64,000 bases of DNA from Candidatus Latescibacterota bacterium (GCA_965217865.1 CBDCJO010000002.1:2464001-2528000), one strand, 5' to 3'; counted from the first letter of the stretch, positions 31,089-43,003 are shown. Made by a program: numbers and translations. The notes: generated by a model from the sequence alone, not told the origin.

Positions 31089-34000
31089 ATGAACTCGAAA
31101 TCCAAAGAAGAACCCGGAAATTCCAGTTCGTTTGAATGGACCACTAGGCGGCCGGTGGCCATCTCCATGGCGGTCGCGGCGATCGCGGTGTTCGGGTGGG
31201 TCTCGTACGATCGATTGCCGTTAAATCTGATGCCGGACATCTCCTACCCATCCCTGACGGTGCGTACCGATGCGCCGGGGATGGCCCCGGAGGAAGTGGA
31301 GAACCTGATATCCCGGCCTATCGAACAAGCGCTCGGGGTGGTCGGAAACCTGGAGGGCATCAGCTCCGTCTCCAGGGCCGGGCTCTCAGACGTTGTCCTG
31401 GAGTTCGGGTGGGATACGGAGATGGACCAGGCCATGCAGAAGGTTCGAGAAAAACTCGATCGGATTCATCTGCCGGAACTGATCGAGAAGCCCCTCATCC
31501 TGCGATACGACCCGACTCTGGACCCGATTATGCGTCTGGGGCTGTATGGGGTTGAGGACAGGTTTCTCCTCAGACGTGTGGCGAAGGATGAGATCAAGAG
31601 GGAATTGGAAAGACTGAAGGGTATCGCGGCGGCAAGGGTCAGAGGCGGACTCGAGGAGGAGATACGGGTTGAGTTGAAGGAGTCGATGTTGGCGACGATG
31701 GGACTGTCGATTCAAGATGTGAACCGGCGCCTTCAGGGGAAAGCTCGAAGAGGGCGAGATCCATTATCTGGTTCGAACCCTGAGTGAATTCCGGGATATC
31801 GAGGAGATGGCCGACCTGGTCGTGGGAGAAAAAAACAATGTGGGAGTCCGGCTGAGAGACGTCGGTCGGGTGTTTCGGACCCACAAGGAGCGGGAGATCA
31901 TCACCCGGGTGAACGGTCGAGAGAGCGCTGAGATCGACATCTTCAAGGAGGGAGACGCAAATATCGTCGCCGTTGCGCAAAAGGTGCGAAATCGGACTTT
32001 CGGTCTTGCGCAGCAGCGCCAGTATCTTGCAGACTTCCAGGCAGGGATGATTGAAACGAAGGTGGACACAGTTGGAAAGACGGAAGACGAAATTCGAGCG
32101 GAAAGAACCCGGAAGGCCATGGAGAAGAGGCAGATGGCGGACTTCCTGGCAAACAATCTTCCGGAAGGCATGCGGATCGAAATCCTTTCAGATCAGTCCG
32201 GTTTCATCGAGAGCGCCATCGACGAAGTCAAGCAGGCCGCTGTGATCGGGGGCGTACTGGCCGTCCTGATCCTTTACATCTTCCTGAGGAACATCGGGCA
32301 TACGCTGATCGTGGGGATCTCCATCCCGATCTCCGTGGTGGCCACTTTCGCGCCGATGAATCTGTTCGAGGTTTCCCTGAACATCATGTCGCTGGGAGGC
32401 CTTGCCCTGGGGATCGGGATGCTGGTGGACAACTCGATCGTGGTTCTGGAGAGCATATTCCGATGCAGACAAGAAGGGGACGATCTGGTTTCCGCTGCGA
32501 TCCGGGGGACAAAAGAGGTGGGGGGGCCGTCCTCGCAGCCACCCTTACGACAATGGCGTTTTCTTTCCGATCGTTTTTGTCGAAGGTGTCGCAGGACAGG
32601 TGTTCGGGGATATGGCCCTCGTGGTGGTCTTCTCCCTCCTGGCATCACTTGCAGCGGCGCTCTTCCTTCTGCCGATGCTGGCGTCCCGTCGGATCTCAAC
32701 GCCCGGGGGGCGGCACACGGAGTTGCTTAAGGCGGATATTCTGAAGTTTCGTGCGGTCGATCGCATTCGGGAGGTAACGGCCGGACCGAAGCCCTTACGA
32801 GCTATGGTCGGGGTTTACGGACACTGTTTGAAGGCCATGCCCCTTCTGGCTTGGGAATGGCTCTGGCGTACGCTCTTGATCCTTACGGGGACGATCTGTG
32901 TGATCTTGAAGTTCGTATCGATCCTTTTGGGGATTACCCTGTGGCCCCTGACGAAGGCTCTGGAGCGTTTCATCAAATCCCTGAAGGGGTTCTATCCTAA
33001 ACTGAACCACTGGTCCCAGGGCATTGAAGTTTTCGGCTGGAAAGCACCGCAGCGGGTTTGGGATCGTCTGATGGTTTTCACCGCCGCAGAGGAGATCGGG
33101 TCGGATCTCCCGAAGGGATTTCAGTGGGCCGTATCCGGACTTAAAGGGAGTCCCTGGTATCGAATCGCTCAGGGAATCGTCTTTCCGATAGTGGGATGCG
33201 GCTGGTTCCTGATCTCTTGCGGCCACTTTGTCATCTCGTTGGTGGGAAGGAAACCGCGGGATCGCGCTCGGACAGCAATCGGTCGCGCGTGGGGCGGGGC
33301 GAAGGTGATTTTCGTTCCGATTCTCCTGATTTATTTCTACTCGAGGTTCGTCGCCCACCTGACTCTTGCCCTCACCGGCAAGGTTTTGATCTCGACGGCG
33401 ATGCTTGTCGGGGTCAGCCTCATCAGCACAGGTTGGATAGCGGGTCTGATCGTCGCTCCGGGATTGGCCCTCCTGGTCTTTACAGTAGGCGGGGGCTTCA
33501 ACCGGTTGAGCGAGGTCTATCCGCGCGTCATCGGGTGGGCCCTGTCACACCGAACGGAGGTGATCAGTGCGGCGGCGGCGGCGTTCGCAATCACGGTCTT
33601 TTTCCTGGGCCCCCATCTGGGACGGGAGCTGATGCCTATGGTCCACCAGGGGGAATTCAGCGCAGAGATCTCCCTTCCGGTGGGCACCCCTCTTGAAGTT
33701 ACCGATCGGCGGATCCGGAATTTGGAACCGATCGGTGATGGACCAGCCTGAGGTCTCCCGGGTCTCCACGGTAGTGGGGACGGAACGCGATGCCACGTCC
33801 TCATCGGAGGAGGGGGAGAATACAGTTAGGATCACCGCCCTTCTGAGAAGGGAGGGTGACCTGGCCCTTGCCGAGGAGGGGACGATATCGGACCTCCGGG
33901 AGAGATGGTCCGGGATTCCGGAGGTGACGACGAAGTTTTCCAGGCCTGCGTTGTTCAGCTTCAAGACCCCGATCGAGGTGGAGATTCGGGGGCATGATTT

Positions 34001-35024
34001 GGGGAAGTTACGGCAACTTGCCGGGGAAGCGGAGGCGGCCCTGTCCCGAATAAACGGTTTGACGGACATCAAGTCGAACCTGCAGCGGGGCAACCCGGAA
34101 GTACAGATCTCTTACGACAGAGATCGCCTGGCCCGATACGGCTTGAACCTGAAGCAAGTCGCAACGCTCGTGCGGAACAAGATTCAGGGGCAGGTGGCCA
34201 CCCGTTTTCGCGAACGGGAGCGGCGATTGGATGTGCTCGTGAAGCTGGATGAAGCGGATCGGCAGAGCATCCGGGATATCCAGAACCTGATCATCAATCC
34301 CAATAGCCAGGTCCGGATCCCGCTTTCCGCCGTTGCGGAGGTGCGGATCCAAGAAGGCCCGAGCGAGATCAGGCGGATCGACCAGCAGCGGACGGCCCTG
34401 CTCACCGCGAATCTGGCCGGCCTGGATATGGGGACTGCGAGCGGCCGGATCTATGATGCGCTCAGCCGGATAGAGATGCCCAGGGGGTTCGAGTATCTCG
34501 TAACTGGGCAGAATCGAGAGATGGAGACATCGCTCAGAAGTCTGAGGCTCGCCCTTTTGCTTGCTATGTTCCTTGTATACATCGTCATGGCTTCCCAGTT
34601 CGAGTCGTTTCTCCACCCGTTTGTGATCATGTTTACCATCCCCCTTGCCATGGTGGGGGTCGTCCTTGCCCTGGTGGCCCTGGGTATCTCGATCAACGTG
34701 ATGGTCTTTCTGGGCGTGATCGTCCTGGCGGGTGTGGTGGTGAACAACGCGATCGTGTTGATCAACTACACGAATATCCTCCGGGCCCGCGGGATGAGCA
34801 AAATCGATGCGCTCGTCCAGGCGGGCCATACGAGGCTGCGGCCGATCATGATGACGACATTGACGACGGTGCTCGGCCTCACACCGATTGCTCTGGGGTT
34901 GGGCGAGGGGGCGGAGCTCCGGATGCCCTTGGCCGTCACGGTGATTGCCGGACTGACGAGCTCAACGGTCCTGACTCTCGTGGTGATCCCGGTCGTTTAC
35001 GCGGCCTTAGATCGGAAGGATTGA
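31089..35024 (+). pseudogene. RND (AcrB/SwrC-type) permease 1, three apparent frameshifts (~31740, ~32520, ~33735)
   Basis: RRPVAISM...NLMPDISYP; GMLVDNSIVVLE; SQFESFLHP; GVVVNNAIVL; RLRPIMMT. Confidence 0.9.
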
Positions 35025-35270
35025 ATCGGGCAAGGTTTCTTTTCAAATTCTGAAGTTAAGAATTAGCCTTGCATAACCGCTGGCCAGATATCAGATGAAT
35101 TGAGAATATGAAAAGGTGACGGTTGGTTCAACGCCCTCATCCCCTAAAAAACCGTATCTCGCAAGAACCTAAGATTATTGATTTTGCTGCTCCGCTTTAC
35201 GCTTCACGTTCTTTTTGAGGCGGTAACGTAGATCGTGCAAAAAGTTCCGGAAAACCCGAACCGTGTGGGG

Positions 35271-35422
35271 GTAGGAGCCAGCTCCTCCTGGCGAACGGGG
35301 ATGGGTTTTCGCCGCCAGGAGGCGGCTCCGACCATAAATTTTTTCGCGAGTAAAGTAAAATGAACTTCCCCTCTCCCGGCACCCGGGAGAGGGGTGCCGA
35401 GCTTGCGAGGCGGGGTGAGGGA
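35271..35422. repeat. REP-like palindromic elements
   Basis: GTAGGAGCC...CCTGGCG / CGCCAGGAGGCGGCTCCGAC doublet (35271-35332) and CCCCTCTCCCGG...CCGGGAGAGGGG...GGGGTGAGGG (35368-35422). Confidence 0.6.
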
Positions 35423-35483
35423 GCACGACGACGTTACTGAAAGTACAGTTTAACTTCCGTAACAATCCAGTAGGGAGGTTTGT

Positions 35484-37170
35484 TTGGCAAGTCGACAGGG
35501 GTTTCTCCCCCGGATCTCGGTTGCTCGACCGGTGACCGTGGTGATGCTCCTCACGGGTATCCTGGTCGTGGGGTTTATCGCCTACACCCAAATCCAAATC
35601 CAGTTCTTTCCCTCGGGCATGGAGAATCCGCGGATGCATGTCTGGATTCCTTTTCCCGACGCGACCCCACACGAAGTCGAGCAACAGCTCGGAAAGCCCA
35701 TGACCGAGACGATGCGGATGGTGAAGGGGCTGGTCAGGCTCCGCATGTACTGCACTACACGTGGGTTGAGTTGTCATTTGCGTTTCCGGAGCGGTACGGA
35801 CATGGACCTCGCTTACAACCACGTTGTCGATCGGCTGGAGCGGTTGAAACCAACGCTTCCCGGCGGGGTCAAGAAGGACAACATCGGGGTGTGGAAATGG
35901 AGCGGTTCCGAAGACTGGGCGATCATCTGGGCGGGTGTCTCCCTGAACCCGGATATTCAGGACACCTATCGCTTCATGGAAACCCACCTGGCCCGACCCC
36001 TCCAGCGGATCGACGGTGTGGCGAAGGTGGATATCCGCGGGACGTACCGGAAGTCCGTGATGATCGAGCTGGATCAGGAGCGGGCAAGGGCAAGGGGGGT
36101 GAATCCCTACGACTTGGTGCAGGCTCTTCGAGGGGATAACTTCAGCATCGCCAGCGGGTCCATCCGTGAGGGTGGGCGAAAGTTCTATGTCCGGTCCCTT
36201 GCCCATTACCGGGACATCGAGGAGATTGAGGACGTGCGGGTGGGGAAAGGGGGGAATGTCCGGCTTCGGGAAATCGCGAACGTCTTCTACGATGTGCCTG
36301 AACCGGGGTGGCGATGGCGGATCGACGGGCAGCGTGGGGCGGGTATGGGGATCTATCGGGAGTCGGGGGTGAACATCGTTTCACTCTGCCGCGAGATCGA
36401 AAGGACCATCAGGGAGGAGATCGAAAAAAGGCCTGCTATGGCCGGGACGACCGTTGAGCTGTTCTTCAACCAGGGAAAAGTCATCGAGGAGTCGATGGAG
36501 AACGTCGAGGAGGCCGCGGTGTGGGGGGGGATCTTCGCGGCCCTTGTCCTCTTTTTCTTCCTGCGCGCGATCCGGATGACTCTGATCGTTACGCTGTCGA
36601 TTCCCCTCTGCGCGCTGATCGCGATCAGTTCCCTCTACTTTATGGGTTGGTCGCTCAACGTCTTAACGATGATGGGGTTGATGCTGGGGATCGGAATCGT
36701 CGTGGACGACGCCATCGTGATCGTGGAGAACATCTACCGGCAGCGGCTCGGCGGAAAGGAATCGAAGTTGGCCGCGGTGGAAGGGGCCGGGGAGGTTGGA
36801 ATCGCGGTTGTCCTGTCGACGTTGGCGACTGTGGTGGTCTTCCTGCCGTTGATTTTCATGAGCGACGACGCGGGGTTCACGTTTACGATGTCGCGCATGG
36901 GTGTGCCGATGATCATCGCGATTATGGCCTCACTCCTCGTGTCCCTTTTGTTCATCCCGCTAGCGGCCTCCCGTACGAAACAGGAAGAGGTGGGGCGCGA
37001 ACCCCGGAGCGTGGCCTGGATGGGGCGGGTATACGAACGCGTTTCCAGGTGGGCTATGGAACACCGCCTGGACGTCTTCCTGATCGCCCTGATCCTGTAT
37101 GCGAGCATCCAGTATCCCGCGGAACACATGAAACAAAAGGGGTCGTCCAGGGGGCCCCGCAGCAACGTCG
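35484..37170 (+). pseudogene. RND permease 2, N-terminal half (continues at ~61998)
   Basis: ISVARPVTVVM; GIVVDDAIVIVE; ends just after TM7. Confidence 0.88.
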
Positions 37171-37233
37171 GGTGGGCCGGGGGCCGGAGGCAGGTAAAGG
37201 CAAAGGAGAATCTGTGAAAAAGGGGGTGATGCG

Positions 37234-37698
37234 GTGATGCCAGGAATCCGATCGGTTATGTCTGCCGTCCTTTTTGGGGTTCTGCTCCTATCGTCCGGCC
37301 CACGGTCTTACGCCGAAAGCGGCTCTTTCATGTTTTCCAAGAAGTTTTACGGCGCAGTCTCGTCCGCGTCGAGCCTGTTCTTCTTCAAAGAGGCCTACGA
37401 CGCCCGGAAGGAGGCCAACCGGAACTACGATTCCTACAAGACCGCAGGCGATTCCCAGCAGGCCTTGAGCTTCTATAACGAGTCCAAACGGGGAGATACC
37501 CGGATGGCGATCATGCTTGGCCTCGGAGGCGGTACACTGGCCTACGGGATCTATCTCTTGCTGCTCGACGAGGGTCATGGAATTTTAGATCATGAGAAAG
37601 AGGAATTGAACCGGTTCGAGATCAAAGGCATCGGATTACACGTGGCGAGTGATCTTCAAAACAAGGGTCTTCAATTCTACGTTAACCGGAGATTTTAA
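37234..37698 (+). CDS. Hypothetical exported/membrane protein
   Basis: 154-aa ORF with signal peptide, TM segment and C-terminal RRF; followed by a terminator. Confidence 0.7.
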   Translation: MMPGIRSVMSAVLFGVLLLSSGPRSYAESGSFMFSKKFYGAVSSASSLFFFKEAYDARKEANRNYDSYKTAGDSQQALSFYNESKRGDTRMAIMLGLGGGTLAYGIYLLLLDEGHGILDHEKEELNRFEIKGIGLHVASDLQNKGLQFYVNRRF

Positions 37699-37717
37699 GG
37701 CGGGTGTTTTTCCATTC

Positions 37718-37751
37718 GATAGGGTGAGTCGGGGACTCACCCTATCTTTTT
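37718..37751 (+). terminator. Intrinsic terminator
   Basis: 13-bp stem GATAGGGTGAGTC/GACTCACCCTATC followed by T-run. Confidence 0.85.
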
Positions 37752-37790
37752 GTGAATGTTTCGGGTCACCCGGATATGGGGGATTTTATT

Positions 37791-38150
37791 ATGTCTTACT
37801 ACACCGCCCTTGAGGATCTGTTCGAAGATGTGGTGGGAAAGTCCCTCCGGGGTCAAGGGCTTGCACAGCGGGATGTGGAGCAGCGGTCCGGGCTAAAGGC
37901 TGGGGATCTCGCTCGGATTACCGGGGGAGGATTCGTTCCTGATGATGCCCGGATTGTGGCACTGGCAAACATTCTCGGTCTGCACGGACAGCGGCTGGTC
38001 GATAGCGCCCGTTGTGCATGGTTTCCGAAAAACCCGGATGGGGCGATCGGAAACGCCAGGATCGGTGTTGATATGCTGGTCGTGGACGGTATGGTCCCCG
38101 TGGCCGTGGGTCAACAGGATTTGAACCGGACCAGCCCCTCGAACCGGATC
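37791..38150 (+). pseudogene. HTH plus metallo-beta-lactamase hydrolase fragment; HxHxDH segment inverted
   Basis: LEDLFEDVVGKSLRG N-terminus on +; ILLTHGHGDHT on - at 38088-38120. Confidence 0.6.
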
Positions 38151-38313
38151 GCCAGGGCCGTCAGTCTCGATATGCGAGGTATATTCCCCGGCTCGACATT
38201 CCGGTCCTGATCCGTGTGGCGGCAGCCGTTGTTCCGGCCGTTTCCGCGCTGGAACGTGAAGGACACTTCCAGGGGTCCGGGTCCGGCCCGGGTTGCATCG
38301 GATGCGCGACCGC

Positions 38314-38785
38314 TCATCGCATGACCTCCTGTCCGTTGAGACCCGCCTTCCGGCACAGCGCCTCGATGCCGGGTGGGCGAAAGGTGACGGTCACCGTGCC
38401 GTCCCGTCCGTCGTAGCCGATCCGCTCGATGAGCAGCCGGAGTCTTCGGGCCTGCTCCCTCGGAGCCAGCGCCGCCCAGACCGGGTCGAAGACCTCCAGG
38501 GCCCGGGCGAGGTCGCTTTCATCCACGGCTTCCCGCTCGAGAGCGAAAGCCTCTTCCCGGAGAGCGGTCAGCCGCTGTTCCCGCGCTTTGGCCACTGTGG
38601 CCGCCACGACCTGTTCGTTCATCCCGGTGCCGCGGACGTGCTCCACCACTGCGGTTTCGATCTCGTGAGCATTAAGCGACTTGCCCGGACACGACGCCCG
38701 GCCCCGCTGCCGGGCATTCCGGCAGACATAATAACGGTAGCGCTTCTCCTTCTTGAGAGTATAAGTGTGCGCCGAGCCGTTTGAG
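38314..38785 (-). pseudogene. Large serine recombinase C-terminal fragment (Zn ribbon, coiled coil)
   Basis: HTYT...RYRYYVC...CPGKSLNAHEIETAV...LIERIGYDG...VTFRPPGI. Confidence 0.85.
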
Positions 38786-39003
38786 GCGAGTTGCCTCGAC
38801 CGTGTAGACCCGGGAGAGTGCACAAGTGCCGTTCGCCACGACGCTTGTCGCCGGCTACGATTCCGGGCTCCGGGCGCACGGCCGCTTCCGCTGTCCGGTG
38901 AGCTGCCGTAAGCTGGTGACCGGACCCACCGGGTCCGGCTTCCTGTGAATACTTGCCGGAGGACCTTCCCGAAACGTCGAAGCCGGCCGCCCGGATGCAA
39001 CCG

Positions 39004-39307
39004 GGCTGTTAAACAAGGTGGACGCGAAAAACAGAGAATCAGAGAATCCGGAGGAGATATCTCTGCTCAGCGGACGCAACCCCACGGTTGTGCTCGGACA
39101 CCGGGGGAAAAGCTTTGAAACAGAGAATCGGCAGAAAGGGAAGGAGGTGGCACAAGTGTTTGTGAATACGGCAGAAACGACAAGACCCCGAAGGGTTGCC
39201 CCACGGGGTCTTGCGTTAACGGACGACCGCCGAAGTTGGCGGATTGGAATATGGCTCCCCATATGATCCTCTCCCCGGAACCATTCTCTGTTCGTCAGTC
39301 ATAACTT
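39004..39307 (-). repeat. Repeat A, inverted copy of 4817-5120
   Basis: Contains TGGCTCCCCATATGATCC...CCGGAACC. Confidence 0.9.
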
Positions 39308-39443
39308 CCGCGCCGATGTCCTGGCCCTGGAGCGGGAGAGGGAGGGTTGCTTGATGAAATCATCGGTGGCGGCGCGGGGTTGTGAACGCGCAGCAGTTCA
39401 AGATATGCGCCTGGGCATGGAACCCCGAACCCCAGTGGGGGCT

Positions 39444-40152
39444 CGGCTGTCGCCCCCAATTTACCGTCTGTCCGTGTGGGACTATGGCGTGAGACAGTGG
39501 CGACCGCCTCCGACCTTTCAAGTCCTTCTCCGGGAAACAGATCGCCAGGTTTTGAGGGCGCAGGGTGGCTCATGGCGATTGAGGGATGACAACTTGTGGA
39601 ATTTGATTCCGTTGGGAGATTTCTGGCGTGGGTCAGTGGCGAGACAGTGGCTCGAGACACCTCGAGACAGCGTTGAGGGCACAGATCCGGCCCGTGTGCG
39701 ACTTTCTTTCTGAATCCGGGAAAAGGGGGACGCGACCTCCACAAAACGGGCGGCACGTGGGCGAAGTGAGAAGGTCCCGGTCCCGTGGATTTGCGGCCCG
39801 GGACCTCACTCGTGATCGGGGTCGAGCATCTCGAGAGCCCGAGCTTCGGCTTCCTCGCGAGTCATTCCACCCTCATGCTCCATGATCCCCGCGCGTTCAT
39901 CGAACGCCTTGATGTCATCCTCCGTAGATGTCGCCGCAGTGTTGGGGGGATCAAAGCGTGACACCGTGACATTCTTTTGTTTACAAGGACTTACATGATG
40001 TTCAAAGCGTGACATCGTACCATCCATGTCACGCTTTGAAGGGGGAGATATGTGCGCGTTCGGCTTGGAAACATCGTCCGAGTCGTCCTCCAGGTAGCTA
40101 TCCCATGCAGAGAAGAACGCTTCCCACAGGTAGCCCTTTCCCCTTGCCGGCC
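39444..40152 (-). repeat. Repeat B (~710 bp): 3' end of DUF3631-like gene plus downstream non-coding DNA; second copy 50103-50829
   Basis: Near identity by eye; encodes GKGYLWEAFFSAWDSYL...FDERAGIMEHEGGMTREEAE. Confidence 0.9.
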
Positions 40153-40252
40153 GATCGTGACGGAGATTACGCCCGCACCGGAGTTCTACCCTGCGGAAGA
40201 TTATCACCAGCAGTATATGGAAAAGCAGGGACGAATGCGCTGTAGAATATAA
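40148..40252 (+). pseudogene. msrA: Methionine sulfoxide reductase A, C-terminal fragment
   Basis: PIVTEITPAPEFYPAEDYHQQY. Confidence 0.85.
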
Positions 40253-40368
40253 GGGGATGAGTTTGATGTGATGGTTTGATTGGATAGGACCTTTAGAAAT
40301 CCAGCCTCTGTGAAGCAGAAAGACTCCATAATCAAGAAAACAGGAAAAATCCTGAAGGGATCGAAACA

Positions 40369-41217
40369 ATGGCCGCTGCAGTAAAGGATAGATTTGTCGA
40401 AACAGATTGGGCAAGCCTTACGCTCGGAGAGCGGATCAGGCACCTGGAGGTCGAAGGCTATGTCGTGCTTCCCGATTTGCTCAGCCCCGAGCACGTTGCG
40501 CAGTTGAATAAAGAACTGTCGGAGATCGAGACCCGGGGAGCGGATTACACGGACAGGAAGCAGACTCACAATGATATCGAGTGGGCGGGTGGGGCTATAA
40601 CGGAGCTGATCGGACACAAGCCGACGATCGATTTTCTGAAGCAGCTCTTCGGCGACGATGTCATCATGATGACTTACGATTACTCGCGTTCCGAACCCGG
40701 CTGCCCCGCCATAAACCTGCATTGCGACGGTCAACCCTGGGGATCCCGAATTTTCGGCCCAGAACAGAGCTGTCCGAAACTGGTGCGCGTGCTTTATTAT
40801 CTTCAGGATCTCACCCCGGAGGCCGCACCGTTTCGAGTGGTCCCGCGGTCTCATCTGAGCTTTCATAACGACGCCAACCCGTACCTGCGTTACACGGGAC
40901 ATCCCGAACAGGTCATGGTCACGTGCAAGGCCGGTTCCGCGGCGCTGATCAACCAGAATGTATTCCACGGCAACTATCCCAACCGGGGGGATCAACCCCG
41001 GGAATTGCTCGGCATCGCGTACCGGCCGTCGTGGGCCGGCCCCTGCGACGAGGTCAAGTCGTGGGATCCCGAGAAGCTCGCAGAGGTTTCGCCTCAGGTA
41101 CGCGCGGTGATGAAGGACCGGAATGCACGCATCTGGAAATACGAAGGTGGGAACGTCCCTTCGGACATGCGGGACGAGGCGCCGGGGATCGATCCCAGCC
41201 GATGGGAACTGGGTTGA
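40369..41217 (+). CDS. Phytanoyl-CoA dioxygenase (PhyH) family Fe(II)/2OG oxygenase
   Basis: EGYVVLPDLLS, HCD, YYLQDL, VVPRSH, FHGN...R facial triad pattern. Confidence 0.9.
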   Translation: MAAAVKDRFVETDWASLTLGERIRHLEVEGYVVLPDLLSPEHVAQLNKELSEIETRGADYTDRKQTHNDIEWAGGAITELIGHKPTIDFLKQLFGDDVIMMTYDYSRSEPGCPAINLHCDGQPWGSRIFGPEQSCPKLVRVLYYLQDLTPEAAPFRVVPRSHLSFHNDANPYLRYTGHPEQVMVTCKAGSAALINQNVFHGNYPNRGDQPRELLGIAYRPSWAGPCDEVKSWDPEKLAEVSPQVRAVMKDRNARIWKYEGGNVPSDMRDEAPGIDPSRWELG

Positions 41218-41340
41218 ATCGCTAGGGTCGGAAAGTCGGGAGAGGCGATAACGAATTTCCTGATCAAAAATGATGCTGATCAGCGTTGACTTGGGCCAGA
41301 GCATGCGATGCAGTGTTCGCACGAGACCATTGATGATATT

Positions 41341-42543
41341 ATGGAGACGTTGACGGTTTCCGAAGCTCGCAGGCTTGCCCTTGCTCGGGCGGGTCTCCTG
41401 AAGCCCGCGTGGACCGGGTTTCCGGTGAATGGTCGGGGGAAGCGGTGGAAGGAGGCTGCGGTTTCCGTCATCCGGCGTTTCGGATATCTCCAGTTCGACA
41501 CGGTGTCGATCGCAGGGGCACGGAGCCACACGATCGTCCTTCTGTCGAGGCTTGCCGGATTTAATCCCGCGGCTGGCGAGGAGCTCCTCCACCCGGGTGC
41601 GCCGTTTTTCGAGTACTGGGGCCACGAGGCGAGTTGGATCCCGCTCGAGCTCTATCCTGTGTTCGAGTTCCGTCGGCGCGAATACCGCAGCCACCCTCGG
41701 TGGAGCACTCTCGTGGAGAGGCATCCCGATGTAACGCGGAACCTCCGCCACCGCATTCGCGAGGCGGGGCCCATTCGTTCTGTGGACATGGAGGGACGGG
41801 GGAGCCGTGGGTGGTGGGACCTGAAAATCGCGAAGCGGGTCGCCCGTGCGCTCTGGTCTTCCGGGGAGCTCGCGATCCGCGAGCGAAGAAATTTCCAGCG
41901 AAGCTACGACCTCGCAAAGCGCGTTATCCCGGAGGCGGTGAGGTGCCGGCCGCTTCCGAAGCGGGAAGCCCTGGAGGCCCTGCTGGTCAAGGCGCTCGAC
42001 GGCCACGGGTGGGCGACCACCGGAACGATCGCCTCGACGTGGCGGCTGGCCAATCGAAGGAAGGAGATCGCTGATTCCCTGGATCGGCTAAACCGGAAAG
42101 GCATTATCGCTCCATGTTTTCTCGAGAATCCGGATGGGTGTCCCACGCCGGAATGGATTCGGCCGGAGGATCGGGAACTCGCCGCCCGGCTGATCAGAGT
42201 GCGGCCGAGGTCCGATCGGGGTGTGCTGCTGTCTCCGTTCGATCCCCTGCTTTGGGACCGATCCCGTGTCAGACGCCTTTTCGGCTTCGACCAGGTTCTG
42301 GAGATCTTCAAGCCGTCCCCGAAACGCATCTACGGATACTACTGCCTGCCCGTGCTCGCGGGTGAGCGGCTCGTGGCACGCTTCGACCTGAAGGCGGAGC
42401 GGAAGGCGGGCGTCCTGAGGATCCTTTCTTGCCGGTTTGAGGGAACGGGGAACGCCCATTCCGCCGATGCCCGGGATGGAGAAGCGGCGAGGAGCGCCCT
42501 TGCCCGATACGCCCAGTCCCTGGAGCTGGAGCCCGTGGGCTAA
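41341..42543 (+). CDS. ycaQ: YcaQ/AlkZ-family crosslink-repair DNA glycosylase (winged helix)
   Basis: LQFDTVS, FEYWGHEA, LLSPFDPLLWDR, RIYGYYCLPVL. Confidence 0.88.
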   Translation: METLTVSEARRLALARAGLLKPAWTGFPVNGRGKRWKEAAVSVIRRFGYLQFDTVSIAGARSHTIVLLSRLAGFNPAAGEELLHPGAPFFEYWGHEASWIPLELYPVFEFRRREYRSHPRWSTLVERHPDVTRNLRHRIREAGPIRSVDMEGRGSRGWWDLKIAKRVARALWSSGELAIRERRNFQRSYDLAKRVIPEAVRCRPLPKREALEALLVKALDGHGWATTGTIASTWRLANRRKEIADSLDRLNRKGIIAPCFLENPDGCPTPEWIRPEDRELAARLIRVRPRSDRGVLLSPFDPLLWDRSRVRRLFGFDQVLEIFKPSPKRIYGYYCLPVLAGERLVARFDLKAERKAGVLRILSCRFEGTGNAHSADARDGEAARSALARYAQSLELEPVG

Positions 42544-42578
42544 GGCGATGCCTCTACGCAAAATGCGTACATAATTTT

Positions 42579-43003
42579 GTCCACGTCCGGGAACGCAGGA
42601 CCGCCGTAGACTGGGCTTACGAGATCCAGGAGCTGCTTGAGGTGGACTACCCGGATGCCGGAAGTCGTGGTGCTGGTCTGCGACAACCTCAGCACTCACA
42701 CCATCGCATCTCTCTACAAGGCCTTCCCACCCGAAAAGGCCCGTTCTCTAGCCAAACGCCTCGAATTGCACTACACGCCCAAGCACGGCAGCTGGCTCAA
42801 TATCGCCGAGATCGAACTGAGCGTCCTTGCCAGACAATGCCTACACAGCCGCATTCCTGACCTGCAGACCCTCACCAACCAGGTGGAGGCCTGGAAATGT
42901 GATCGAAACGAGAAACACAGAACCGTTGATTGGCAGTTCAGGACCACCGACGCCCGCATCAAACTGAAGAAGCTCTATCCCAAGTTTTAGGTGTCAGGGT
43001 GTA
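42579..43003 (+). mobile_element. IS630 3' remnant
   Basis: VCDNLSTH, HYTPKHGSWLNIAEIE, DARIKLKKLYP. Confidence 0.9.

Noticed and set aside
32510-32530. Programmed frameshift or phase variation at G-runs in RND genes (also ~62275)
   Set aside because: Single-base homopolymer indels are typical long-read errors and cannot be distinguished without reads.
40204-42006. 600-aa minus-strand ORF
   Set aside because: Antisense shadow of the PhyH and YcaQ genes in GC-rich DNA; no recognisable motifs.
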